Positions 26,814-34,918 of a DNA stretch of 46,021 nt are shown here, one piece after another. The stretch is taken from positions 1 through 46,021 of IMG/VR virus record IMGVR_UViG_3300033475_000050. The stretch is one strand, 5' to 3'. Position 1 is the first letter of the stretch. Each line of letters opens with the position of its first letter. The notes under the pieces are model-generated. The model was not told where the DNA came from. It did not search any database and saw only the letters and a list, made by a program, of their open reading frames with translations. This stretch comes from a virus (lineage: Duplodnaviria > Caudoviricetes). Made by a program: the position numbers and the translations under genes.

Positions 26814-26889
26814 TGCGGGGTAGAGCAGTAGCAGCTCGTCTGGCTCATAACCAGAAGGTCGGTAGGTGCAAATCCTCCCCCCGCAACCA
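26814..26889 (+). tRNA. tRNA-Met(CAT), initiator-like, with encoded CCA
   Basis: Acceptor TGCGGGG/CCCCGCA, D stem GAGC/GCTC, anticodon stem TCTGG/CCAGA with loop CTCATAA, T arm GG(T)AGG-TGCAAAT-CCTCC, ACCA end. Confidence 0.9.
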
Positions 26890-27240
26890 TTCAAGGGGGT
26901 CCAGCGCGCGGACTGTCATGTACGGCAGCGCAAACCTCTTCCCGGCGGTGCGGCTGGACAACCGGCCCGGGACTGAAGGCAGCAGTTTGACTTCCGCGAA
27001 AGCCCTGCGGGGGAACTGCCAGAAAGACCGCGAGGCGTACATCTTCGCGGGTAGGCTTGACAGCCGGGAGAGTACCGGCACCGAATGGACGCTTGCCGCG
27101 CCCCGACGCGGCAGTGGGGTCGGGGTGGTTGCTCGGCTGAAAGTCAGGCCAGCGCGGCTATAGATGGGAACGCGCCGGGCGGCCTCAGCCATAACCCCGC
27201 GACAGCACCGCTCCGGAGTCAGCCCCGGAGCGGTGCTTGT
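26890..27240 (+). ncRNA. Candidate structured RNA downstream of tRNA-Met
   Basis: Dense hairpins (CCGCGAGG/CTTCGCGG, GCCGG/CCGGC, TGCCGCG/CGCGGCA, CTGA/TCAG, CGGGGT/ACCCCG); no credible ORF. Confidence 0.45.
27204..27240 (+). terminator. Strong hairpin, possible terminator or processing site
   Basis: AGCACCGCTCCGG/CCGGAGCGGTGCT 13-bp stem; weak U tract. Confidence 0.5.
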
Positions 27241-27262
27241 CTCGGGAGAAGGGAACAGGGGC

Positions 27263-27754
27263 ATGCCTCACCAGTACCAAAACGAGCATGGTTACGACGC
27301 GCCAAAGAAGGCGTGCCCGTGCTGCGGCCAAGCACTGACGAATTTCAACGGCGTGCGGCTCTTTGCCGAGGCCAACAGCGTGGTCATTGATGACACCGCT
27401 TACTATCTTTGCCCGAAGAGCTTTGACCTCTTCCAAACGCTCTGGGAAGCCAACGGGCGCGCCTTGGACCGTGACTCCTTGATGCGCGTGTTGTACGGAG
27501 CGTATGGCTCGGGGAACCGGCTGGGGCGCTCGGTCGACAGCGTGGTGAAGCGAGCGCGCCGAAAGCTTCGCGGCGCCCGCGTCGAAATCGAGACAGTCTA
27601 CGGCCGAGGCTACGCGCTTCGCATACATGAGAGGACCGACGATGCTCGAAACCCTGACAGCCGAGGAAATGGTGCCGCGCGCGGTGATGCAGCCGCTGGT
27701 GGACAACCTGAGCCGCACGATTCACAACCGACGACTGGACCAGTCGGCGCTTGA
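27263..27754 (+). CDS. OmpR/PhoB-type winged-helix protein without receiver domain
   Basis: CPCCGQ, then LCPKSFDLF...DRDSLMRVLYG...RSVDSVVKRARRKL...IETVYGRGY. Confidence 0.85.
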   Translation: MPHQYQNEHGYDAPKKACPCCGQALTNFNGVRLFAEANSVVIDDTAYYLCPKSFDLFQTLWEANGRALDRDSLMRVLYGAYGSGNRLGRSVDSVVKRARRKLRGARVEIETVYGRGYALRIHERTDDARNPDSRGNGAARGDAAAGGQPEPHDSQPTTGPVGA

Positions 27755-28091
27755 CGAGATCGAGCGCGTGATCGCGGACCACACCGTACGAATTCGCCTC
27801 GCGGGTTACCTCCGGTTCCCGACGTTGAAGGTGGTCTACTTCGAAGAGGTCGGCCACATTACGGTCGTGCGCGCCGATCTGGAGCCCGCCGGGGTGCACC
27901 GCATGGTACAGAATGTCATTCGGCAATTCGGCGCCCGGCTGACGGTGCCCGGCCTCATTCGCGCGGTCAGCCGCGCCTTCCCGCACTTCAACAAGGACGA
28001 TACCGGGGAGAAGAGCGAGAAGGCCCAGAAGGTGATCGCGGAGGGCAAGGACCACGTGACGTGGGGTACGTCATCGGAGAAGCCCAACTAA
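27642..28091 (+). CDS. Hypothetical protein
   Basis: GAGGA RBS before ATG 27642; overlaps the tail of the previous ORF. Confidence 0.6.
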   Translation: MLETLTAEEMVPRAVMQPLVDNLSRTIHNRRLDQSALDEIERVIADHTVRIRLAGYLRFPTLKVVYFEEVGHITVVRADLEPAGVHRMVQNVIRQFGARLTVPGLIRAVSRAFPHFNKDDTGEKSEKAQKVIAEGKDHVTWGTSSEKPN

Positions 28092-28106
28092 GAAAGGCTC
28101 TTCGCT

Positions 28107-28406
28107 ATGCCGCGCCTCCCCAAGGTTTACAATAAGCATCACCGCGACGCCCCGCCCGATGCGGTGAACATCATGCGCCCCAACACTTGGGGCAACCCGT
28201 ACACGTTCATGGATAACGCGCCTCGTGGCACGGTGCGGGTCGCTTCGCGCGCGGAGGCCATACAACGCTTCGAGAAGTACCTGCGCGATTGCCCGGATCT
28301 CATCGCGGCGGTCAAAAGCGAGCTTCGCGGCAAAAGCTTGGTGTGCTGTTGCAAGCCGCTACCATGCCACGGTGATGTGCTTTTACGCATAGCCAACGAG
28401 GGTTGA
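28107..28406 (+). CDS. DUF4326 family protein
   Basis: IMRPNTWGNPY...ELRGKSLVCCCKPLPCHGDVL. Confidence 0.88.
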   Translation: MPRLPKVYNKHHRDAPPDAVNIMRPNTWGNPYTFMDNAPRGTVRVASRAEAIQRFEKYLRDCPDLIAAVKSELRGKSLVCCCKPLPCHGDVLLRIANEG

Positions 28407-28407
28407 C

Positions 28408-28542
28408 ATGACGCACGACTACTGGCGCAAGCGCTACCCGCCGCCGAAGACATGGTGTGACCACGTCTACACCGCGCTCGCGGTGCTCGTCCTCGCCGGG
28501 CTGGTAGCGTTGGAACTTTGGTTCTTCAACGGATACCACTGA
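28408..28542 (+). CDS. Small membrane protein (44 aa)
   Basis: Own translation MTHDYWRKRYPPPKTWCDHVYTALAVLVLAGLVALELWFFNGYH. Confidence 0.5.
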   Translation: MTHDYWRKRYPPPKTWCDHVYTALAVLVLAGLVALELWFFNGYH

Positions 28543-28946
28543 TGCCGCGCCTCAAGCTCCCGCCAAAGAAGCCGGTGGCGCCAGAGGCCGAAGCTCCCAG
28601 CGCCGACGACTTCCTGAGTCAGCCCGCCGCGCCCACCGAGGCAGATATTGCCACGCGCTGGGCCGACCTCTTGCCGGGCGCCAAGACAACATCGCCGTTG
28701 GACACTCGTCAGAGCGCGGCGACATGCACATGGTTCGACGACGAGACCGGGGCTTGTACATGCGACGAACGTCGTCGCACCGGCCCGCTGGCCAAACTCT
28801 TCGGCCGCGCGCCGACATGCGAACTGGTCGGCGCCGCCGAGGGTACGGAATGCTCTGACTACAAACGAGCCACGGGCAACGCCAAGGACGTCGACCTCTA
28901 CGAACAGGTGCAGTTGTACCGCGCCGCCAATCCCGAGGAGGATTGA
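28542..28946 (+). CDS. Cys-rich hypothetical protein
   Basis: TGATG-coupled start MPRLKLPP. Confidence 0.55.
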   Translation: MPRLKLPPKKPVAPEAEAPSADDFLSQPAAPTEADIATRWADLLPGAKTTSPLDTRQSAATCTWFDDETGACTCDERRRTGPLAKLFGRAPTCELVGAAEGTECSDYKRATGNAKDVDLYEQVQLYRAANPEED

Positions 28947-29006
28947 ATACAATTCGCCTCGGGAGGTATGGTGACCGCACTAGCAACAGATAAGCGAGCC
29001 TTAGCT

Positions 29007-29402
29007 ATGGCACTCCCGAAGCACGTACAGGTGACGTTCCACAATTGGGAAGACCGCGAAGCTGGTACATGGGGCGTCGAGGCGAAGGCCATTGACCCCG
29101 GCGACGAGCTTCCGATTGTCACGCTTCCCATTGCGGAGATGCACAACTGGCTCCGCGCTCACGGCTACGAGCCTCAGCTTTGGTCGAGGTACAACCTATG
29201 GCACAAGTCGACACCGTCGTCCTCGCGGAGGGCGCGCTTTCTCCGGCTGGCAAAAGCTGGCACAGCGGTTATGTGCACCAGAGCCCGAGCGGCGTGGAAG
29301 TACATAGCCGGTATGATCTTCGTGGCGACGCCAGCTTCTACCCGTGGGAGCGGGTTGTCCGGATCGACCGGGCTACGGGCTGGAAGTAGGCGGGGACACT
29401 GA
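29007..29402 (+). CDS. Hypothetical protein (3' half overlaps another ORF)
   Basis: MALPKHVQVTFHNW...; start uncertain (28968 or 29007). Confidence 0.4.
   Translation: MALPKHVQVTFHNWEDREAGTWGVEAKAIDPGDELPIVTLPIAEMHNWLRAHGYEPQLWSRYNLWHKSTPSSSRRARFLRLAKAGTAVMCTRARAAWKYIAGMIFVATPASTRGSGLSGSTGLRAGSRRGH
29198..29389 (+). CDS. Small hypothetical protein
   Basis: GAGG RBS; MAQVDTVVLAEG...FYPWERVVRID. Confidence 0.5.
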   Translation: MAQVDTVVLAEGALSPAGKSWHSGYVHQSPSGVEVHSRYDLRGDASFYPWERVVRIDRATGWK

Positions 29403-29403
29403 C

Positions 29404-29847
29404 ATGCTTACCGCTCGCCGGAAAGCGCGCCGCACGGTCAAGGAGTCCGCAAAGCGGAAAGAGCTTCGCGACCGACTCATGCGTGATATTGACAGGCTAC
29501 TTTCCTGTTACGATGACTTCCGCGAATTGCCCGGTGTAACCGCAATGGCCGCCGATGACATCGCCGGGTACTTTTTGCGCCATCACGACGTGCGCTACGG
29601 CTTCAGGTTCGCGAAGAAACGTACCGTGAAGACCAAGAAACGGCGCCCGACGACAGCGGAGCGGGCGGCCAAAGTAACCGAGCGGGCCATCGACAGTGTG
29701 TGCGACAACGTTCTGGCGGGGAAGCCTCGCGCCGGAGCGGAGGAGGTCAAGAACCTCTCCGACATTGTCGCGCGCATGGCGGTCCGAAACCTTCGGCGTC
29801 ACTTCTTGCTGTTGCCACGCAAAATTAAAATTGGGAGCGCGAAGTAA
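29404..29847 (+). CDS. Basic hypothetical protein
   Basis: ATG 29404 after GGGG; Arg/Lys rich. Confidence 0.55.
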   Translation: MLTARRKARRTVKESAKRKELRDRLMRDIDRLLSCYDDFRELPGVTAMAADDIAGYFLRHHDVRYGFRFAKKRTVKTKKRRPTTAERAAKVTERAIDSVCDNVLAGKPRAGAEEVKNLSDIVARMAVRNLRRHFLLLPRKIKIGSAK

Positions 29848-29883
29848 CATGTTCGAGGTAGTGCGGAAGAAGGGACGACGCTG

Positions 29884-30081
29884 ATGAAGCACAATCTTGT
29901 AAGAGGCACGCTGGTTGCGGATGACAAGGGCGTTGTCGCGACCTGTACCTGTGGCTGGAACAGCGGACACCGCTTCTCGGGCCTCATCGCCTCCGCTGCC
30001 TTCATGGACCACCAAGAAGAAGCCGAAGCGGCGGAGCGCGAGCGTGCCGACAAGGCGCAACGGACGGCTGGAGGAAACTGA
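29884..30081 (+). CDS. Small putative Zn-finger protein
   Basis: H...CTCGW...H; coupled to the next gene. Confidence 0.55.
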   Translation: MKHNLVRGTLVADDKGVVATCTCGWNSGHRFSGLIASAAFMDHQEEAEAAERERADKAQRTAGGN

Positions 30082-30956
30082 TGTTCGAGGTAGGCCAGAA
30101 GGTGGTGTGCATCGACGACAACTGGGTTCCGGATAGCGGCGACGCGTCGCTGGTGGTGAAGTACAAGCTGACGTTTCCGAAGAAGGACGAGGTCTACACG
30201 ATCCGCCGGTTTGTTACTTACGAGGACGGGCTTTGGATCTTGCTGGAGGAGATTCACAACCCCAAGATCTACGTGCCGGGTCTTCGCTCCGAGCAGGAAC
30301 CATGCTTCGCCGCCACTTGCTTTCGCCCGCTGGTCGAGGACAAGAAGGAAGACCCCATCGCGATCTTCCGCAAGATCGACGCCGATGTCTTCGCCAAGAA
30401 GCCGGAGCCGGTGACAATGCGGAACGGCGATACGCTGGACTTCACGTGGACGATCAGCGACTCCGAGGTGCTGAACTGCTGCCGGTGCGTGCTGACTCCC
30501 AAGAAGCCGTGGGGCTTGGCGGCGCTTCTCGTAGCGCTTGCACTCAGCTTCAGCGCCAGCGCGGCCGACCTTCCTACGCCGTCGCTGACTCCCGGGGTCG
30601 CCCTGAGCGGGGTCAGCGCGGAGCAAGTGTGCAAGCCGGGCTACGCAGGCTCGGTGCGCAACGTGCCGAGCGCGGAGAAGAACAAGGTCTACAAGGAATA
30701 CGGAATCGCGCGACGCCAGCCCGGCGAGTACGAGGTCGACCACCTCATCAGCTTGGAGCTTGGCGGCAGCAACGAGATTACCAACCTGTGGCCCCAGAAC
30801 TACAAGACGGCGCCATGGAACGCTCATGTCAAGGACCGGCTTGAAAACCACCTTCATTCGCTGGTGTGTGCCGGGAGTATGACACTGGAGGAAGCGCAGC
30901 GGCTGATCTCCACGGATTGGATCGCTGCGTACAGAACGCTTTTAGGAAACCCGTAA
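30081..30956 (+). CDS. HNH-like nuclease domain behind an internal signal/TM segment
   Basis: N-terminal FEVGQKVVCIDD module; GLAALLVALALSFSASA; YEVDHLISLELGGSNEITNLWPQ. Confidence 0.72.
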   Translation: MFEVGQKVVCIDDNWVPDSGDASLVVKYKLTFPKKDEVYTIRRFVTYEDGLWILLEEIHNPKIYVPGLRSEQEPCFAATCFRPLVEDKKEDPIAIFRKIDADVFAKKPEPVTMRNGDTLDFTWTISDSEVLNCCRCVLTPKKPWGLAALLVALALSFSASAADLPTPSLTPGVALSGVSAEQVCKPGYAGSVRNVPSAEKNKVYKEYGIARRQPGEYEVDHLISLELGGSNEITNLWPQNYKTAPWNAHVKDRLENHLHSLVCAGSMTLEEAQRLISTDWIAAYRTLLGNP

Positions 30957-30959
30957 CAC

Positions 30960-31175
30960 ATGCCGAGGCTTCCGATCATCGAGCGCCGCGCGCTCGCCGC
31001 AAGGCTCCCGCCCGGCCCGGCGCAGCTTTTCTACATGTGCCGCTACTTCGAAGACGCGAAGCCGGTCGAGGACAACGGGCAATGCACGTGCCGGGCTCGC
31101 GCCGAGACGCGGTGCATGCTGATCGGCAACAGCAAGGCGACGTGCCAGCATTTCAAGCGGAGGGCGGAGGACTAA
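30960..31175 (+). CDS. Small Cys-rich protein
   Basis: CRYF...CTC...C...CQHF. Confidence 0.5.
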   Translation: MPRLPIIERRALAARLPPGPAQLFYMCRYFEDAKPVEDNGQCTCRARAETRCMLIGNSKATCQHFKRRAED

Positions 31176-31176
31176 C

Positions 31177-31302
31177 ATGTTTCCGGACATCAACCTGTGG
31201 CCGTTGGCCATCCTCGCCGGTATCGGGCTAGTCGCTACAATCGGCGGCACCCTCTGGGTTATCATCTGGGCGGTCGAACATCTGCGGCTGGTGCTGGTGT
31301 AA
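31177..31302 (+). CDS. Small membrane protein (41 aa)
   Basis: Own translation MFPDINLWPLAILAGIGLVATIGGTLWVIIWAVEHLRLVLV; GGAGG RBS. Confidence 0.55.
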   Translation: MFPDINLWPLAILAGIGLVATIGGTLWVIIWAVEHLRLVLV

Positions 31303-31303
31303 C

Positions 31304-31552
31304 ATGGTCGGCGTCAGTCCAAACTCCGGACTTCCCCGACCGCCTCGGCGCCGGGATCGCGCCGCGCTTGACCCGAAGGCGGTCGCCAACATGCGCCGCG
31401 CGGTGCTGGACGATATTGTGCGCGGATGGACGGACCATTCGGAATACAGGATTAGGCATCTTAAGCACCTGCTTGTGTGCGATGAGGGGTGCCTAGATGC
31501 TTTCGCAGTTTGGGTGCGCGCGACTTTCACGCGCCGTATGCAAGGACACTGA
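31304..31552 (+). CDS. Hypothetical protein
   Basis: Fills the gap in a tightly packed gene string. Confidence 0.45.
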   Translation: MVGVSPNSGLPRPPRRRDRAALDPKAVANMRRAVLDDIVRGWTDHSEYRIRHLKHLLVCDEGCLDAFAVWVRATFTRRMQGH

Positions 31553-31554
31553 CA

Positions 31555-31737
31555 ATGGTCTGGTGGTTCGGTCTCTTCGGGATCTCGGTGCTCCTCGCGC
31601 ACCTTTGCGCGCGCAAGCCCCGCCAGAATCCCCGTAGCTGGAACGACCGCCCGACGACCCCGCGTCCTCCGGCTCCCAAGGCACAGGCTGTGCCGAAGGG
31701 GCCGACTATGGTCGTGCACCGCTTCATCTGGCGCTAA
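31555..31737 (+). CDS. Small protein with N-terminal hydrophobic segment
   Basis: AAGGA RBS; MVWWFGLFGISVLLAHLC. Confidence 0.45.
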   Translation: MVWWFGLFGISVLLAHLCARKPRQNPRSWNDRPTTPRPPAPKAQAVPKGPTMVVHRFIWR

Positions 31738-31755
31738 GGCTCTAGCGCTACATCA

Positions 31756-32049
31756 GTGAACGAGGGACTGTTCTTGCGTTGTACCCACGAGGGGTACGCG
31801 CACTGGTGTCATGCGTGCCGCACCTTTCATGTGCTCCCGCACGACCTCTTCGGCTTCGACGGCGATCTCCAGCGGCCCACCTTCGCGCCCGAGGTCAGCC
31901 TGCTTGTGGCCGAGGACAACGCCTTCACCGTTTGCTGCTACAGCATAACCAAGGGCCTCATCCGCTACAGCGAGCGGTGCACCCATAACTGGGCGGGCCG
32001 CGCTCTCCGCATGACAGTACTTCCCCGGCTGGTGGTCGACAACACCTAG
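31756..32049 (+). CDS. Second DUF6527-like protein
   Basis: HWCHAC...H...FDGDLQRPTFAPEV...CCYSITKG...CTH. Confidence 0.6.
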   Translation: MNEGLFLRCTHEGYAHWCHACRTFHVLPHDLFGFDGDLQRPTFAPEVSLLVAEDNAFTVCCYSITKGLIRYSERCTHNWAGRALRMTVLPRLVVDNT

Positions 32050-32080
32050 CCTCCACCCCTTTCCGGAATGGTAAACGCGA

Positions 32081-34309
32081 ATGCCGAAGCTCCCGAAGCC
32101 CGTGCAGGGCAAGGTCAGCGTGCGCGGCGCCGCCCGCAAAGTCGCGCGAGACAACAACGCGCTGGCGCGCAAGCAGGCCGAAGCCAGCGCAGCCCGGCTC
32201 GCGGACAAGATCGAGAAGACCAGTGGAGTCACCGCGCTCGATGCGGCGACGTGGCTTACGAGCGACAGCTTTCAGAACTTCGCCCTCTCGCTGGGCATGG
32301 GCACCGACAACACCATGTCGGCCAGCACCTACGGGTTCAATCCGATCACGCGTCAGCGCATTCTGTTGGAGTGGCTGTATCGCGGCACGTGGCTCGGCGG
32401 CATGGCCATCGATCTTCCCGCCGATGACATGACCCGTGCGGGCGTCGACCTCCGGGGCGAAATGACCCCGGACGACATCGAGAAGATGCAAGAGCAGGCA
32501 CAGGTGCTCGGCGTCTGGGAAGCGGTCAACGATACCATTCGGTGGTCGCGCCTGTATGGCGGGTGCCTCGGCGTGCTCCTGATCGAGGGCCAGCGCTACG
32601 ACACCCCGCTCCGGATCGAGACGATCGGCAAAGGCGGCTTCAAGGGAATCGCGGTGCTCGACCGCTGGATGGTCGAGCCGACGATCGGCGATCTGGTGAA
32701 GGAGCCCGGCCCGTCCATGGGTCTCCCGAAGTACTACCGGATCACCGACGACGCGCCGATCCGCATTCAGGAGCGAATCCATTACAGCCGCGTCATTCGG
32801 CTGGAGGGCGTGCGCCTTCCCTACTATCAGCGCTTGATGGAGAACCTGTGGGGCATGAGCACGATCGAGCGGCTGTATGACCGCTTGACCATGTTCGACG
32901 CCGCGACGGCGGGCGCCTCCCAGCTTATCCACAAGAGCTTCCTTCGCACCCTCAAGATGAAGGGTCTCCGCGAAGCGCTGGCGGCGGGCGGTAAGGCGGC
33001 CAAGGGCGTGATCGCTCAGGTCTCGATGATGCGCCGCTTCCAGCAGAACGAGGGCATCAGCGTTGTCGACGGCGATGATGAATTTGACATCGCTCAGAGC
33101 AGCGGGATCGCGGGCATGGCCGACATGCTGGGCCGCTTCGGCGAACAGATCTCCGGCGCGCTCCAGATCCCGCTTGTGCGTCTCTTCGGTCAGTCCCCGG
33201 CGGGCTTCTCCTCCGGCGAGTCCGATCTACGCATGTACTATGACGGCATCCGCCAGCAACAGCGTCGCCACCTCCAGCTTCCGATGACCCGGGTGTTCCG
33301 GTGCATCGCGATGTCGGAAGGGATTAAAATTCCCTCCGGCTTCGGCGTGGAGTTCCGCCCGCTCTGGCAGCTGACCGAGAAGGAGCAAGCGGAGACGGCG
33401 GTGGTTGTCACCAACGCTATCAACGAAGCGATCCAGATGGGCGTGATCAGCAAGTCGACCGCGATGAAAGAGCTTCGTCAGTCGAGCGAGGTCACCGGTA
33501 TCTTCACCAACATTACGGACGAAGACATCGAGGCGGCCGAGAAGGAAGACGCGGTCATGGAGCCCCCGGCTCCGGGTGAAGGCGTCGGCGCCGCTTTCGG
33601 GCTGAACCAGCCCGGCGCAGAAGCCCCGCCCAGCGGCGAACAGCCGGGAAAGCCCCCCGAGGCCAAACCCGCACCGTTCGCCTCCGCTGCGGCCTCCAAA
33701 ACGCCGAAGTCGCCCGCCAAGGTGGCCAAGAAGGAAGAGGCCAGCGGCGTCCAGCCGACGCCGGGCGCCGCCGCCGAGAACAAGGCCGAGGAGACCGGCC
33801 CGGCGGAGCACCCGCCCGCCAATGTGCCCGGTGGAGAGATCGAGCACAAGAACGGCGCGCCGCCTGAGCCGAAGCCCGGCGAGAAGGCAAAGCCGAAGGG
33901 TGACGACCTGCCCCAGTTCGACGGCCTCGACTATTTCATCGAGACGCCGAAGGGACAGATCCGTCAGCCATGGGGTGTCACAATGCCCGCTCATTACGGG
34001 TACATTCGCGGCACCGGCTCGGCCGAAGGCTGGGGCGAAGGAATGGACTGCTACGTCGGTGACAACGCCAAGGCGAAGCACGTCTACGTGGTGCACCAGA
34101 AGGACCTCGACAGCGGAAAGTTCGACGAGCACAAGTGCTTGCTCGGATTCTCCGGCGCCGGAGCCGCGATGGACGCCTACATCAAAAGCTTCAACGACGG
34201 CAAAGGGCGCGACCGCATTATCAAGGTCGAGGCGTACAGCCCCGACGCGTTCAAGAAGTGGTTGCGTGACAACTGGCGCGTCGAGGCGCGCAAAGCTGAA
34301 GGGGAATAG
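32081..34309 (+). CDS. Portal protein (DUF1073-type) fused to a C-terminal inorganic-pyrophosphatase-like domain
   Basis: LYRGTW...IDLPADDMTR, WSRLYGG, IHYSR, IPLVRLFGQSPAGF, DLRMYYD, FRPLWQ; Pro/Ala/Glu linker; IETPKG...HYGYIRGT...FDEHK. Confidence 0.9.
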   Translation: MPKLPKPVQGKVSVRGAARKVARDNNALARKQAEASAARLADKIEKTSGVTALDAATWLTSDSFQNFALSLGMGTDNTMSASTYGFNPITRQRILLEWLYRGTWLGGMAIDLPADDMTRAGVDLRGEMTPDDIEKMQEQAQVLGVWEAVNDTIRWSRLYGGCLGVLLIEGQRYDTPLRIETIGKGGFKGIAVLDRWMVEPTIGDLVKEPGPSMGLPKYYRITDDAPIRIQERIHYSRVIRLEGVRLPYYQRLMENLWGMSTIERLYDRLTMFDAATAGASQLIHKSFLRTLKMKGLREALAAGGKAAKGVIAQVSMMRRFQQNEGISVVDGDDEFDIAQSSGIAGMADMLGRFGEQISGALQIPLVRLFGQSPAGFSSGESDLRMYYDGIRQQQRRHLQLPMTRVFRCIAMSEGIKIPSGFGVEFRPLWQLTEKEQAETAVVVTNAINEAIQMGVISKSTAMKELRQSSEVTGIFTNITDEDIEAAEKEDAVMEPPAPGEGVGAAFGLNQPGAEAPPSGEQPGKPPEAKPAPFASAAASKTPKSPAKVAKKEEASGVQPTPGAAAENKAEETGPAEHPPANVPGGEIEHKNGAPPEPKPGEKAKPKGDDLPQFDGLDYFIETPKGQIRQPWGVTMPAHYGYIRGTGSAEGWGEGMDCYVGDNAKAKHVYVVHQKDLDSGKFDEHKCLLGFSGAGAAMDAYIKSFNDGKGRDRIIKVEAYSPDAFKKWLRDNWRVEARKAEGE

Positions 34310-34312
34310 CGC

Positions 34313-34642
34313 ATGGCTCAGCATGAAGCGGGTGCCGCCGTCGGTTCGAAGCGGCGCCAGTCCTTGCACGCTATACGCGTGTATGCCTGTACCAACCCGG
34401 AGTGCCGAGCCCCGGGCGTCTACAAATCGGGGCGCGATGTCAACATCGCGTTCCTGCGGCGAGGGATCGAACAGCCTGACGGCTCCTTCAAGCCGGTCGG
34501 CGGCTGGCCCGCGATCATTGTTCCATTCAACGATCCGCGCGTCGATACACCGGTCGGCGATACATGTCCGTGCTGCGGCACGAAACGCACTCAACCGGAC
34601 GAAGATCTCGGCGAGGTCTGGTCCCGAACTGTGGAGAATTAA
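34313..34642 (+). CDS. Putative Zn-binding hypothetical protein
   Basis: CTNPEC...CPCCG. Confidence 0.6.
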   Translation: MAQHEAGAAVGSKRRQSLHAIRVYACTNPECRAPGVYKSGRDVNIAFLRRGIEQPDGSFKPVGGWPAIIVPFNDPRVDTPVGDTCPCCGTKRTQPDEDLGEVWSRTVEN

Positions 34643-34647
34643 GCACC

Positions 34648-34890
34648 ATGGACATCAGCATGCAGGTCAGCCGCGTCTCCTCGGCACCGTTCAAGACGAC
34701 GGCGACGATCGCTGGCGAGGCGGTCGCGGCGACGATCAACCGCGTCGAGGTCGAGCTTGTCGACCCGGCGGGCAAGCACGGCTCTTGGCTCCTCCGCTTT
34801 ACGCGGACGGCCGACATCGACGCCGCCACGGCCACCTACATCGAGGGTGGTATGGTGACGGTGACGGTGCCCGATGCGCCCGTCGCCTAA
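34648..34890 (+). CDS. Hypothetical protein
   Basis: GGAG RBS; ATG 34648. Confidence 0.6.
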   Translation: MDISMQVSRVSSAPFKTTATIAGEAVAATINRVEVELVDPAGKHGSWLLRFTRTADIDAATATYIEGGMVTVTVPDAPVA

Positions 34891-34918
34891 CACGCTCGCC
34901 TAGGGAGGGCTTAGCTTC

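Noticed and set aside
26890-26960. Theta/HDV-like ribozyme after the tRNA
   Set aside because: I could not build the nested double pseudoknot starting at the tRNA 3' end by eye; a covariance search is needed to exclude it fully.
26663-27163. 166-aa ORF
   Set aside because: Runs through the tRNA and hairpin-rich region, and the translation is not protein-like.
32081-33560. Anti-CBASS Acb1 label sometimes attached to DUF1073 proteins
   Set aside because: Motifs, size and position with TerL and gpF indicate a portal; I see no pair of 2H-phosphoesterase HxT motifs.
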